Source: the human T2T-CHM13v2.0 reference genome, Homo sapiens. Taken from it: a stretch of 64,000 nucleotides of DNA. The stretch lies in NCBI RefSeq assembly GCF_009914755.1, contig NC_060941.1; one strand, given 5' to 3'. Shown here one piece after another: positions 46,369-64,000 of the stretch. The translations under genes were made by a program, and so were the position numbers. The stretch's first letter is position 1. Every line of letters starts with the position of its first letter. The notes under the pieces were generated by a model. The model worked only from the letters and a program-made list of their open reading frames with translations, had not been told where the DNA came from and made no database searches.

Positions 46369-47633
46369 TCAAAAAAACAAAAAATAAAAGGACCCTTAAA
46401 CTAGATAACAGTGGGGGTCAAGTAGTAACCCAAGGCTCTGAGTTCAGTAAGTAAATAAATCTAATATGAATGCCCTCTCCTCTCACTCATCTATTAACTT
46501 GTAGAACATTTCCTTCATTACTGCATCAGCGATGAGCTTTATGCTGTGAAATTCTCAAAATCTAAAGCTTATGAAGTGGTCTCAAGGTCCAAAGCACACT
46601 AAAAACTCATTACTTACAAAATGATACCAAGTAACTGTTTCATCATCTTTACCGTACCTTTACCATATTTGAGTGGCTATGTGAAATGGTCACAGGTTAG
46701 AAACACATCATAGTCCAAAAGTTGAAGAATATTCCACAGGTAATCATTTCAGTCACAGGAAGTGGAACCAGGATTGAAGAGGGTGTTGAATAAGCTACAA
46801 AAGTGGGTATAGTATACCTGGAGTCATTACTAAGCAGAGTTCTCAGATTTGATCAAGGTTAATTCAATGAGAAATGGAATATATATAGACAATAGGCAAC
46901 AAGATTAGCAGGAAGCAGTCAGATCAAGTAGCCAATCAGGAATTGAAATCGGTCCTTGAAAATGGAAAGGTGATTGAATTGAGGCATACAATGAGATATC
47001 CTTCTGTGGCTCTGGGAAAGTAAAATTGGTTGGCATGTTAACATGGAATAGGATTTCTACAAGGCCGCTTAAAGAATGTTTCCATCCTCTGAGAACTGAA
47101 GGGAGTTCCAAATAGGCAGTTTGTGACTGATGATGAGCATGTTGATGATAAAGTCTCCTTTATATAACAGCCGGCAGACGACTTGGTCACACCCACACAT
47201 CTTAAATTCACATAAAGGTAAATATATGGTCAGGCGTGGTGGCCCACACCTGTAGTCTCAGCACTTTGGGAGGCGAAGGCGGGGGTGGATCATTTGAGGT
47301 CAGGAGTTCAAGACCAGTCTGGCCAACATGGTGAAACTCCATCTCTACTAAAATACAAAAATTAGCCAGGCATGGTGGTGCATGCCTGTGGTCCCAGCTA
47401 CTCAGGAGGCCGAGGCAGGAGAATCACGTGAACCCGGGAGGCGGAGGTTGCAGTGAGCCAAGATCGCACCACTGCCCTCCAGCCTAGGCAACAGAGACTC
47501 CGTCTCAAAAACAAGTCAATATAGCTGGGCATGGTGGCTTGTACCTAGCTACTTAAGAGGCTGAGGCAGGAGGATTGCTTGAGGTCAGGATTTAGAGACC
47601 AGCCTGGGCAACACAGGGATACTCTGTCTCTAA

Positions 47634-47882
<249 letters not shown>

Positions 47883-49355
47883 TGATAGGTTATTTCCCCT
47901 AAGATCCAGATGAGTAAAAATTAATACACATTAGATGAAATTCCAGAAGTTATCTTCGAACTCTGCTACTCATTGAATGTCATGAAGATATTGGAAAAAA
48001 AAGAAAAAAACAAAAAACAACCTTGCTACTCAACGAGGGATTTGCTATTATCACGTTTCAGAGAAATTCAGAACCTCAGGCCTAAACGCAGGCCTACTAA
48101 ATTAGGAACTGCAGTTTCTCACAATCTTCAGGTGATTTCTATGGTCATTAAAGTTTGAAAAGCTGCCTTGAAACAGTCCTTCCTAAAACTGAAGTGGAGG
48201 TGCCGCAAAAATCATCTGGTAAATTGTTTAAAGTAATCCCAAATGCAACTCAAATCTACAGAATCCCAGGTGAAGCTCAGTAATCTGTATTTTTATCCTT
48301 CTCCCCAAATAATTCTGATGTGCAGGCAAGTTTGAAAACCACTGCTTTAAAGAAAATGGATACTCCCCTTACCAAGCAGAAAGTAGGATTTTGGAAACTG
48401 ATGCAAGGGAAGCAAAAAGATGCCTCAGGAGGCACGATTACAACAGGATTGATGCAAACGGAAGCTGAAGCTTAACCAAAGACATTAATATACGCCCACA
48501 AAAGAAAATGCTAAGGAAGTCAAGTGGTCTGCATGAATTCTGAAGAAAAATGGAGAACCAAAGAACAAAATTTGTCAATGAATTTCCAGCACAGTCTAGG
48601 TTAAGGGAGTGAATTTCTTGACTGAATGGCACAGACTCTGTACCACCTGATTGGCTGTTACCTTAATGGAGGAATTATATTACAATGTATAGGTACTTTA
48701 ATTAGAATGACCTGGCAGTTACTGAGGCAAAATTTTCCGCTCCTTTGTATTCTGTAATACAAGAAGGATCTACATGGATGTTCTGTTCTCTGAACTGTCT
48801 GGATGAACCGGTCAATGGCACTCATCATACCTTAGTTTTTAAATCTGCATTGTGGTCATAATCTGTTATTTAATTAATTTCTCGTATTTTTAATAAAAAC
48901 GTTGCCTATATATTTTAGACAGAAATTGCCTTACTTTGCTGAAATGCTGAGAAATCCTAGACAGTTTTCAAGGCTTGGCTCAAATGTCACCTCTACTACC
49001 CTTTGCTGTGCCTCCTGGCACTGTGCTTCTGACACTTTGTACGGTCCTCCATGACAGCGTGAGCACAATTATATTACAGGCAATTACTCATGCCCCCCTG
49101 GCTCAACTGTGGACTCCTTTAGAGCACAGATCATGTTTTATTTATTGTAGCAACTAAAACAATTATTTATTCAACCAATGACACCCATAAACAAAACTAC
49201 CTGCAGAGGGCAGAGATGCAGGGGTAAAGTCATGCCAAGATTAAACCCCAGAAACCACTGTAGATTTTTCAGAGTTGACTCCTACGTTTTCAGACTTCTA
49301 GACTTCAAAAAACAACTCTCTATAAAATGTATGTTTCTAGAAGGAAGAAGTGTAA

Positions 49356-49610
<255 letters not shown>

Positions 49611-49792
49611 TAGGCCTCCCAAAGTGCTGGGATTACAGGCGTGAGCCACCATGCCTGGCCTATAGAGTGCTTTCTATTTGCCAGACATTGTGCTAAGCAC
49701 TTTAAAATGCATTATTTCATTTTATCCTCAGATCAGCTCCATAAAATAACTACATTACCTCTACATGTATATAGATATATGTATCTATATAT

Positions 49793-50150
49793 ACGTATAT
49801 CTACATACATTGAAAGTCTCACCAGTGTTTTAACTTTTGCTTTCAACCACTATACATATTTTAAAGAGCTTAAGAGGAGAAACAACCGTTTGCGTTTTTA
49901 AATTTTCCCAGATACCATTTCTGCTGCTCTTTATCTCTGAAGTTCTAGTATTACCACTGGCATAATTTTCCTTTGGCCTAAAGACCTTCTTTTACTTTTA
50001 TTTTAGAGCAGAACTTCCGCCAACACATTCTCTTAGATTTTCTTCATCCAAAATGTCTTTCTTCTTTTTCTTTTTGCCTTAATTGTTAAAGGGTATTTTT
50101 GCTGGATATAGAATTCTGGATTGACATTTCTCTCAGTACTTTAAAGATGT
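49793..50150 (-). mobile_element. L1M ORF1-end/inter-ORF fragment, inverted relative to the rest of the element
   Basis: Minus strand reads CAGAATTCTATATCCAGCAAAAATA...TTTCAATGTATGTAGATATA. Confidence 0.7.
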
Positions 50151-50513
50151 TCTGTAGTTACTTGAATCGCTGAAAGGCTTAAAGTTGGGGACTGGCTCTA
50201 TCACATATACGTTTTATAGAAAGGTTCATTACTTTCATATCTTCATTGTGGACCATAGCCTTTATCATCACAAAATTTTGTCTCATTTATGAGTTTTTAA
50301 ATTTTGCTTTGAACCTAAACTTTTATAACTCCTTTCTATTTCCTACAATGTGGAGTTTATCGCGGACAGCACAGGCAGTTGGAAATATATATCTGGAGTT
50401 TAGCAAAGAGGTCTAGGTAGGAAAATGGATCTACAAGTCATTGATATTTTGGCCGGGCGTGGTGGCTCATGCCTGTAATCCCTGCACTTTGGGAGGTTGA
50501 GGCAGGCTGATCA

Positions 50514-50762
<249 letters not shown>

Positions 50763-50919
50763 TCAACTGTTAATTAGGGTAAAGTTGGGGAAACTAAATG
50801 CTGAGGACTATCACGTGTAAGAGGGATGTTTGAAGGAGGAATAACTGGTCAAGGAAATCGGGTCATAAGTGGCAACAGGAAATTTAAGAAGGATGTAGTA
50901 GTCAAAGGTATCATACATG

Positions 50920-51090
50920 CATTGTATATGTATGTAGATATATATCTTTCAATGTATGTAGATATACGTCTACATACATACACAATGTATGCATGTAGAT
51001 ATACATTGAAAGTATAGATACATATCTATCTACATACATTGAAAGTGTATATAGATATATACACACATACACACACACACATACATACAA
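50920..51090. repeat. TA/CA-rich low-complexity tract with internal copies of ATACATTGAAAGT
   Basis: Seen directly. Confidence 0.8.
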
Positions 51091-51740
51091 TTATAAGCGG
51101 GGGCTAGAATAAAGAAACCTATATGTTTGCAATACTTTTACATTTTATTTAGAGGTAAAATGCTAACTCTAAGTAGGCAGGTTAGGTATATATTTTGTAA
51201 TTCCTACAGCAAAAACATAGCACAGATATAACCAAAAGCCAATTAATAAAACATAACACTAAAAAATATTCAGTTAATCCAAAAATAGGCAGAAAAAAGA
51301 AACAGAAGAAACCCCCCAAAAAAGAAATAATCAGAAAACAAATAATAAAAAGGAAACCTAAATCCAATCATTATCAATCATATTAAATGTAAATGGTCCA
51401 AAACACATTAATTAAAAGACGCTGTCAGATTACATTTAAAAGAAAAACGAAAAAACAAGAAACCATTTGAAAATATAATGATATGGCCAAGTATGGTGGC
51501 TCACGCCTATAATCCCAGCGTTTTGGGAGGCTGAGGTGGGCAGGTGGCTTGAGCCCAGGAATTCAAGACCAGCCTGGGCAACATGGCGAAACCCCATCTC
51601 TATTTTTACAAATTAAAAAATAAATGAATATCATGATATCTAGATTAAAAGCAAAAGGGTAGAGAAAGATGTCATTTTAACACTAGTCAAAAACAGTATT
51701 ATACTACTAATATAGAACACTAATTTTATATTAATATTAA

Positions 51741-52068
<328 letters not shown>

Positions 52069-53047
52069 TGAGATGGAGTCTTGCTCCGCTTCCCAGGCTG
52101 GGGTGCAGTGGCGTGATCTCGGCTCACTGCAATATCCAACTCCTGGATTCAAGTGATTATCTTGCCTCAACCTTCTGAGTAGCTGGGACTACAGACGTGT
52201 GCCACCACACTAGGCTATTTTTCTCTTTTTAGTAGAGATGGGGTTTCGCCATGTTGTCCGGTCTGGACTCGAACTCCTGACCTCAGGTGATCCACCCGCC
52301 TCGGCCTCCCAAAGTGCTGGGATTACAGGCATGAGCCACCATGCCTGGCCAAATAATGGTTTTTAATATAATTATTATTACCAGAAATAAAGGTTATTTC
52401 AGAATGACAAAGGGGTCAAATAATCGAGGACAAAACTGTAAATGTTTCTGCATCTAATAACAGTGCCTCAAAATACAGGAAGCATAAACAGACAGAATTT
52501 CAAGGAGAAAGAGAACAAACCCATAACAATAGTTGCAGACTTCAACACTCCTTTCTCAGTAATCACTAGAACAAGCAGACAGGAAATCAGCAAGGATAGG
52601 GAAGACCTTAACACGATCAACCAACTTGACCTAATTATTATTTATGAAACACTTTACCTAACGGCAGCAGAACACATCTTTCCTATTACAAACTGAACAT
52701 TGACCTAAACAAACAATGTTTCAGGCCATATACAAACCTCTACATTTTTTTTAATTCATCATAATGAGTATGTTCCCTAACCATAATGGAATTAAATTAG
52801 AAACCAACAACAAAGATGTCTGGGAAATCCCTAAATGTTTGAAAATTAAACAATACGTTTTAAAACAAATCATGGGTCAAAGAGTAAGTCATAGTAGAAA
52901 TTTTACAATATTGTGAACCAAATGAAAATGAAAATAAAACATGTATCACAAATTCTAAGATTTGTTTTTAAAAGTGCACAAAGGGGCTGGGTGCACTGGC
53001 TCATGCCTGTAGTCCCATCACTTTGGGAGGCCAAGGCAGATGAATCA

Positions 53048-53368
<321 letters not shown>

Positions 53369-54049
53369 TCAAGACCAGCCTGGGCAGTATAGTGAGAACT
53401 CATCTCTATTTAAAAAGAAAGAAAGAAAAATCAAAGAAAATGAGGTATATATGCACAAGAGGATATTATTCAGCCATTTAAAAAGTGAAGTCATCTATAA
53501 AGCTTAAGGTTTGGAAAATAAAATCTGTTTGCAGCAACATGGATAGAACTGGAGGACATTATGTTAAGTGAAATAGGCCAAGGGCAGAAAGACAAGTATC
53601 ACATATTCTCATTCATATACGAGAGACTAAGAAGTTGATTTCATGGAGATAGGCAGTAGAATGATGGTTACCGGGGGCTGGGAAGCAGGTAGGGATGAAG
53701 ACAAGTTGATTCATGGGCATAAAAATTCAGTCAGATAGAAGGAATACGTTTTAGTTTTTGTTTGCACAGTAGGGTGACTAGAGTCAACAATAACTTAGTG
53801 TATATTTTAAAATAGCTAGAACATTTGTTATCTTCCCAATACAAAAAAAAAGGATAAACATCTGAGATGATGGATACCCTAATTAACCTGATTTGATCAT
53901 TACACACTGTATGAATCTATCAAAATATTACATGTACCCTTATAAATATGTACACTCTACCTTAAGGAAACAGTGAAAAAAGAAGGTGTGGAACAACGAC
54001 CACAACAAAATCAAAGAGGAAACTCTTTGTGAACTTGGGTTTGTCAGGC

Positions 54050-54295
54050 CAGGAATCAGCAAACCATGGCCAATCCACTACCTGTTTTTGTAATAATCAA
54101 AACAATATAATTGATAATTTGTAAATTATGTGAAATTCAAACTGCAGTGTTCATAAAGTTTTATTGGAACAGCTATTATTCATTTACATATTGTCTATGG
54201 CTGCTTTCATTGCTACAATGGCAGAGCTGCAACAGGGACAGCAAGGCTGAAATATTTACTATCTGACCTTTTACAGAAAAAGTCTGGCAAGGTCT
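54050..54295 (+). mobile_element. MER58-type fossil
   Basis: TAAAGTTTTATTGGAACA...AAATATTTACTATCTGACCTTTTACAGAAAAAGT. Confidence 0.65.
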
Positions 54296-54472
54296 GGGTT
54301 AGGTAAAGTTGTTAGATGAACACCAAATGTGTAAAAGAAAAAATGTGGTAAATCAGACTTCATCAAAATTTAAAACTTATGCTCTGGGAAAAAGACACCG
54401 CTAAGACAATGAACAACAAGGCACAGATGGGGAGAAAATGTATGAACATCACACAGCCTAACAAAGCACTTA

Positions 54473-55985
<1,513 letters not shown>

Positions 55986-56559
55986 CTAGGGAGGATACAG
56001 GGCAACCGGAACTCTTCATACATTTGCAGGTAAGAATGCAAAATGGTACAGCTACTTTGGAAAACAGTTTTGGCAGTTTCTTATAAACATACAACCCAGA
56101 AATCATACTCCTAGGTATTTACTCAAGAGAAACAAGAATTGTGTTCAGACAAAAAACATTATGGAAATGTTTACGGCAGCTTTATTCATAGCTGCCACAA
56201 ACTAGAAATAATTGAAATATTCAACTATTGAACAGATAAATGCACTGTGATACACTCATATAAGGGACTGCTACTCAGCAATAAAAAAACTACTGATACA
56301 ACAACATAGATGAATCTTAAATACATTATGCACTGTACACGTATAAACTAAAAAATTAAAATACCTTTTTAAAAGTCAAACAGGCCGGGCGCGATGGCTC
56401 ACACCTGTAATCCCGGCACTATGGGAGGCCGAGGCTGGCGGATTACCTGAGGTCAGGAGTTCAAGACCAGCCTGGCCAACATGGTGAAACCCTGTCTCTA
56501 CTAAAAATACCAAAAATTAGCCAGGCGTAGTGGCGGGCGCCTGTAATCCCAGCCACTCA

Positions 56560-56664
<105 letters not shown>

Positions 56665-57410
56665 TCAAAACTAAATAAATAAAGTCAAACAGTACATGAA
56701 AAAATAATATGATCAAGAGAGGTTCACTGCAAGAATGTAAGGGTGAATCAATATAACATCTAGTAATATAATTCTATGAATATACACTACTGTAATTAAT
56801 ATGTAGCATGCAGGACGAAAACTATATGATCATCTCAAAAGATGCTCAGGTGTCATTTAACAAAATATAATAGCCATATCTGATTTAAAAAAAAAAAACT
56901 TAAACAGAAAAAAAATTGAAATAGGTGAATATACTCAACACACTAAAGGTCTCAAACCAACAGTTAACCATTAAATATCTGCATCAGTTCCATTAAATTG
57001 GGATAGCATACTAAGATGCCTATCATTATAACTAACATTTGACATTGTTTTGGAGGAGGTGGTAGGGAATGCAATTTTTTTCTTTTTTCTTTATTACCCA
57101 GGTTCCCATCAATGGTAAAGGCAATGTAATTTGAAGAGAAAAAGGAGATATAAATATAAGAAAATCAGATGTGTACATGATTCATGTTTGCAGATGACAC
57201 AACTTTATTCCTAGAATAAAGTTATTCCAATCAAAGCAAAAGCTACAAGAAACAATTAGAAAAAAGAATAGGTGGCTGAATTCAAAATTAATTTTTTAAA
57301 TTAATGAGTTTTCAACTAGAAGTCCCCTAGCAGAGCAGGTATTTTCATAGACAAATTAAAGATTAAATAAGATATCATGGCATAAGTGAAAATATTTAGC
57401 AAATAAATTA

Positions 57411-57811
<401 letters not shown>

Positions 57812-57878
57812 CTAATGAGAGGAACCAAAATATTAATGTTCTGGGTTTTCTAAATTTTCTACATTACTTTCCTGATAA

Positions 57879-58276
<398 letters not shown>

Positions 58277-58319
58277 TAATTATCGAAATCACAGACTAAA
58301 GAATGTCAAGAGCTCAAAA

Positions 58320-58530
58320 ATGGGGTGAACAAACTATGGCCGGCCACAGCCTGTTTTTGGAAATAAAGTTTTACTGGAACACAGCCACACTCATTTGTTT
58401 ACTTATTGTCTATGGCTGCTTTCATCCTACAAGGGCCGAGCTGAGCAGCTGTGACATAGCCAGGTGGCCTGCAAAACCTAAAATATTTACTAATTGGTGC
58501 CCTAAGAACAAGTTTGCCAATCCCCTGACC
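58320..58530 (+). mobile_element. MER58A fossil
   Basis: AATAAAGTTTTACTGGAACACAGCCACACTCATTTGTTTAC...AGTTTGCCAATCCCCTG. Confidence 0.7.
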
Positions 58531-58846
58531 ATTAGATCATCTAGTCCATCCTATACTGTACAGGTGAGTAAACTGAGGTCCACACAAGAATGACTTCTCT
58601 ATGGTCCAAACTCAAGTTAAGTAAGAAGCAAGGAAGACTCCATTTCCATGGTACTTTCCACCACTTGGCCAGGAAACTCTCAAAACAGACATCCTGCTGT
58701 TTGGGAGGTAAACCTCAGGGTCTCATATCACATCGCAAGTGAGTGTATTTGCCAATATATTGATGAGAAGAGGACTTTGGGCCTAGTCAGTATCCAAGAA
58801 CAACTGCTAAAGGTCTGAGTAAACCTTAGTAGACTAGAAAAAGTTA

Positions 58847-59248
<402 letters not shown>

Positions 59249-62200
59249 TCAGTCTTTTAAATAGCACACACTGTAACCCAACAATCCAATCCCACTCCTA
59301 GGAACCTACCCTACAGAAACACCAGCTTAAGTGACTAAAGATACATCTCTAGCATATTTAAGACAGCACTGTCTGTAAAAGCAAAAAGGGCCTGAATTCT
59401 AGGCAAATAAATATTATCAGCAAATGCAGTTATGTGTTAATAAAGAAGGGGGCACTTCATGCCTTTACCTTACAGAGGGTCCTGACCTTCTGCGCATGTA
59501 AATTTGTGACCCTTGCCATAAACAATTTCCACTGTTAGGTTTCTTCCGAGACAGAGAAGATTCACAACTCATGCCATTAAGGCAGTTAAGGACAACCAAT
59601 ATACCTGGAAGACGGTAATCTTCCAAGTTACAGAGGATCAGAAATCCAATGCATTTCACCTGGATAATTCAGACTCAAAAGTTCAAATATTTATCTGAAA
59701 TTACAGTAAAGCCACTTTAAAACTTTTTATTCTTTGTGCAGCACTTTGAAAGCACAGTACAGTCATAAGGTGGAGAAATGAGTAACTTACTGAATGAGAC
59801 TTTCAGAAGTGTGTGAAATAGTTTTCATGTCTACAAAAACAGGGAAAACTGCACTTTCTTTCTAGTTGTTCTCTTGATTACTGTGAGAAGAGTGTTGAAG
59901 TCTACAATATTGTTAAGGATGTGTCTGTTTCTCCTTGGAGTTCTATGAGTCCTCATGTATTTTGAGGCTCTGTTATTAAGTTCATAAACCTTTAGGAAGG
60001 ATTGTTTTTGGATGGGCTAAGATATTATTCGCTATTTTAAATGTTGGACCATCTCTTGAGACAAATATCCAAGCAAGAATTAGAGAGGAAAAAGGATAAG
60101 AGAAATTCCACACAGATTAATATATGCATTTCTGAAATACTTTTTAACTTCCATAAATAGAATATACACACAGACCTCAAAAGAGGCACTATGAACATAG
60201 TGAAATTGAGCAAGAAGCCATTATTTCTAGTAAATCATATAAACTGCACCTACTGAATGTTGCCATTTGGTATGAATCACATGGCCAAGCCGTTTCCCAA
60301 GTGTGGGAATTACAGAACATATCCATGAGTAGAGAGGAGTCTAAGCATAACTTTCTTAGCAAATCTCAGGGGGGTTCCACAGACAAATAATTTGGCCAGT
60401 GACTCCTGCGTAAGAGGTTTTATATAGGAGAACCCAGACACACTACGACATACTAACATCTCACAATTCAGTTTGCATATCAATATTTACACTTTTATAA
60501 CACTGAAATTCTCTGAGTTATCAAATTTAATTTCTCAACCAAAAGTCTCTGAATCCTAATCCTTCCTTCCCTTCTGGCCTACATATATGACTCTTAGCTT
60601 ACTTTTACCAGGACTGTGGCAGATTTTCTAACTATGTGTTAACTGACTGCCTCTTCACCCTACCACCAAGAACAACAAATAATGGAAAGTCATCTCACAC
60701 ATGACCCCAAATCTTATTGCAGAAATGCAATACCATCACATACACAAATAATGCTGGGCCCAGAGTCTCCACAAAGGAGGACCTCACTCAGCCAGACCGC
60801 TGGGGCTACCCAAGCTGTGCAGGATTTAGGGCAAATAAAAGGCTAGAAAAGGAGATGTTAGGTAAATTCTCACTGGTCTAACAGAGGCAGACTGACTACA
60901 GTGAGTCCAGGAGAACTTTCTGTAATGATATGAAATGCCCCAAATGCTCTACCTTTGTGTGGTGCAATACACGTGGCTACAGAGCACTTGAAATGAATGT
61001 ATAACAGCTAGTGCCACTGGAGAAACTGAAGTTTTCATTTTACTTAATTTTTTTTTTAAGAGATGGGTTCTCACTCTGTCACCCAGTCTGGAGTGTGGTG
61101 GCACAGTCCATAGCTGACTAGAGCCTCAAACTCCTGGGCTCAAGCAATCCTCCCACCTCAGCCTCCCAAGCAGGTAGAACTACAGGCATGCCATCCTATG
61201 CCCAACTATTTTAATTCTTTTGTGAAGACAGGGTTTTTACAAAACCCTGTTGCTCAGGCTGGTCTTTAACTGATGCCTCAAGTGATTTCCCACCTCAGCC
61301 TCCCAAAGTATTGAGACTACAGGTGTGAGCCACCACACCTGGCCTACTTAGTTTTAATTAATTTAACTCTCCACATGTGGCTAGTAGCTACCATACTGGA
61401 CAGTACAGAGGATGAAAACAACCCACAGGCTTTATTTGACTCAACATTCAGTTCCACAATTACCTGTGCTGCCTACTGCATTCAAGAGATTTAACCAGGC
61501 ACTCCAGAGACTGAATGGGACTTTCCCTGCCCAAAGTAGGTTGTAATGAAGGAAGGGCCAGATCATTAAAAGGCCATTTCAGTTCCACCTCTTAACAGAT
61601 ATAGATATAGATAAAGGGGTTAAATAATTAAGAGGATAAAACAATCCTTCCTAAAGGTTTATGGACTTTAGGAAGGAGCCTCAAAATACATAGATGCAGA
61701 GCCTCAAAATACGTGAAGATTGCTAGAACTTCAAGGAGAAACAGACAAATCCTTCACAATAGCTGTAGACTTCAACACTTCCCTCAGTAATCAACAAAAC
61801 AAGTAGAAAGTCAGACAGATCTTAATAACACTATCAACAAACTTGACGTAATTGATATTTATGCAATACTCCACCCGACAAGAGCAGAATACAAAATTCT
61901 TTTCAAGTACATATGGAATATTCACTTAGACTGACAAAATTTTGGGGTGCAAAACCTCTAAAAATGTTTTACAAAATTAAAGTCATACAAAGTATGCTCT
62001 CTGAACAAAATGAAATTAAATTAGAAACCAGTAACTGAAAGATACCTAAAAAAAAAAATCCCCAAATATTTGGCTAAAACAATTAATGCACGAGGTCCTG
62101 GAGGTTAAGGGGGTGGGAAACAAAGGAACTCAGCCCCAACTGGGGGTAAAGGGAATGGTGATCAGAGAAGGCAGGCTGGAGAGGGTGATGGATGGGTGAC

Positions 62201-62305
62201 TAGGAGTTGGGTCTGTGAGAACTACGAAGAAATAAGTATTACTAGATCAATTTGAGATGAAGAGAAGAAATAAGGAGTGAACAAGGAAAAGAGAAATAAG
62301 GGGGA

Positions 62306-62889
62306 TGTAAAAAGTAAAGTAGAGGTTCCTCTTCAAGACTTTCCTCTCTAATTAAGAATAAATAGTAACTTCTCTTAGAAGCAAAATTTATTCAAAGACC
62401 TGTGCTAACATTCTTAAATATCTGCTAGCCATAATAAAGAAATCAATGTACTTTATGTTCTTAGCTCCCACAATTTAGCCTAAATATTTGCCCTGGCACG
62501 CTTAGGCTGGTCCAAGCAAGCATTAGGTCATAGCCTGTTCCTCTTCCTTATTTAAAAGTGTTTTTACCTTTCTCAACATTCCACAAGTTACTTCCTCCTT
62601 CCTTTGTTCCCCTCTACCTTTGCCTCTTTTAAAAAGTTCTAAGTTACTAACCAATCGGGACAAATACAGAATGTGAGGTCCCGTTCCAGCCAAAGGAAAC
62701 CGGAAACAGCAGTAAGGTAGATGCGTCAGGTTATAAATGACCCTATCTCCTTTGTTGGGTGTACTCTCATGGCAAAACTGCCCGTGAGTGTACCCTTTCT
62801 GCAGGAAGTAAAAATGGCCTTACTAAGTAAACTAAATTTATGTTCAAGTGCTGTTTCTTCACGGCACCGGGGAACAAGCATTTCAAACA
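62306..62889 (+). mobile_element. Solo ERV1 LTR, LTR10 family (probably LTR10C)
   Basis: TG...CA termini, 584 bp; starts TGTAAAAAGTAAAGTAGAGGTTCCTCTTC; CCAAT at 62651, TATAAA at 62732, AGTAAA polyA-like signal; flanks GGGGA and GGAGA. Confidence 0.75.
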
Positions 62890-63194
62890 GGAGATTTAGA
62901 AGTCAGTTCATCCTTGACTCCTTTCCTCCCGCTCACCACATCCCAGCCTAACCAATCTATCTCATTCAGGATTCATTCTAATGCCTGAATTATTTTCTGC
63001 CAGGTGCTGTGGCTCACACCTGTAATCCCAGCACTTTGGGAGGCCAAGGCGGGTGGATCACTTGAGGTCAGAAGTTCAAGACCAGCCTGGCCACTTGAAC
63101 CGAGGAAGAGGTTGCAGTGAGCCAAGGTCATGCCACTGTACTCCAGCCTGGGCGACAGAGTGAGACTCTGTGTCAAAAAAAAAAAGAAAAGAAA

Positions 63195-63900
63195 AGAAAT
63201 TAAAATTGAATTTGCAATAATCCAGCAAATAATCCTATTTATATACCTAAGAGAAATGAAAATATATGTATAGATAAAAACATGTACACGAATGTGCTCA
63301 GCAGCATTATTCATAATAGCCAAAAAGTGGAAACAGTTCAAATGTCCATGAACTTACGAAATGGATAAGCAAAACATGGTCTCTGGGCACAGAGGTGTGT
63401 GCCTGTAACTCTAGCTACTCTGGAGGCTGGAAGGCTGAGGCAGGAAGCCTGAGCCCAGGAGTTTCAGGTCAGCCTGGGCAACATTGCAAGACCCTGTCTC
63501 CATTTAAAAAAAAAAAAGTGGTACAGCCATACAATGAAGTGTTATTCAAATATAGTACTGATACATGCTAAGATATGCATAAACCTTAAAAACAGTAGGC
63601 TAAATGACAGAAGCCATACATTATATGATTCCACTTAATAAGAAATGTCCGTAAGAGGCAAATCAACAGCAAATGAACGTAATTACTGGCTGCCAGGGGA
63701 GAGCAGGAGGGAGGTGAAGAACAGGGAGTGACGCCATAGGCATGGGCTTCTTTTGCAGGGGCGTAAAAACAAGCTGGAATTAGGTAGTGTTAATGGTTGC
63801 ACAACTCTGTCAATACACTAAAAAAAACCACTAAATTGCATACTTTACAAGGGTACATTTTACAGTATGTAAATTATATCTCCATAAAGCTGTTACCTTT
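63195..63900 (+). mobile_element. L1MB/ME 3' end fragment
   Basis: GCAGCATTATTCATAATAGCCAAAAAGTGGAAACA and ATGGTTGCACAACTCTG motifs. Confidence 0.7.
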
Positions 63901-64000
63901 TAAAAACTGAATTTTCATAAATATTGCTTGAAAATCATTCTGCAATTTAAAAGATGTTCAATAAATGTTAACTATTACTGTCGCTATTTTTAAAATGTGA

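Noticed and set aside
48350-48910. 3' UTR-like stretch ending in AATAAA at 48892
   Set aside because: No identifiable parent gene, acceptor, poly(A) tail or TSD.

Overview
Human/primate genomic DNA, Alu- and L1-dense, from an LRRC37A core duplicon on chromosome 17. The best fit from my recollection of the family is the LRRC37A4P-type copy at 17q21.31. The minus strand carries a half-dead LRRC37A paralogue. Exon 1 (2609 nt CDS) and exons 2-5 and 8 are intact with canonical splice sites. I could not find LRR exons 6-7. The large exon 9 carries four frameshifting deletions, and a near-identical 3993-bp tandem duplication repeats exons 9-10. Directly upstream on the same strand lies a 5'-truncated RDM1 pseudogene (exons 3-7), ending about 320 bp from the LRRC37A ATG. 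Putative antisense ARL17-type 3' exons sit in the LRRC37A introns. Also present: a 7SL retrocopy, a tailless 40-nt 5S rRNA retrocopy with a perfect TSD, a solo LTR10-family LTR, old L1s (one apparently split by a fossil ~1.15 kb inversion), DNA-transposon fossils and many Alus. I see no convincing wholly new biological system. The most interesting signals are the 5'-intact/3'-decayed mosaic gene, its possible secreted 1080-aa truncated product, and reuse of duplicated pseudo-exons. Paralogue and subfamily names come from memory, not database searches.
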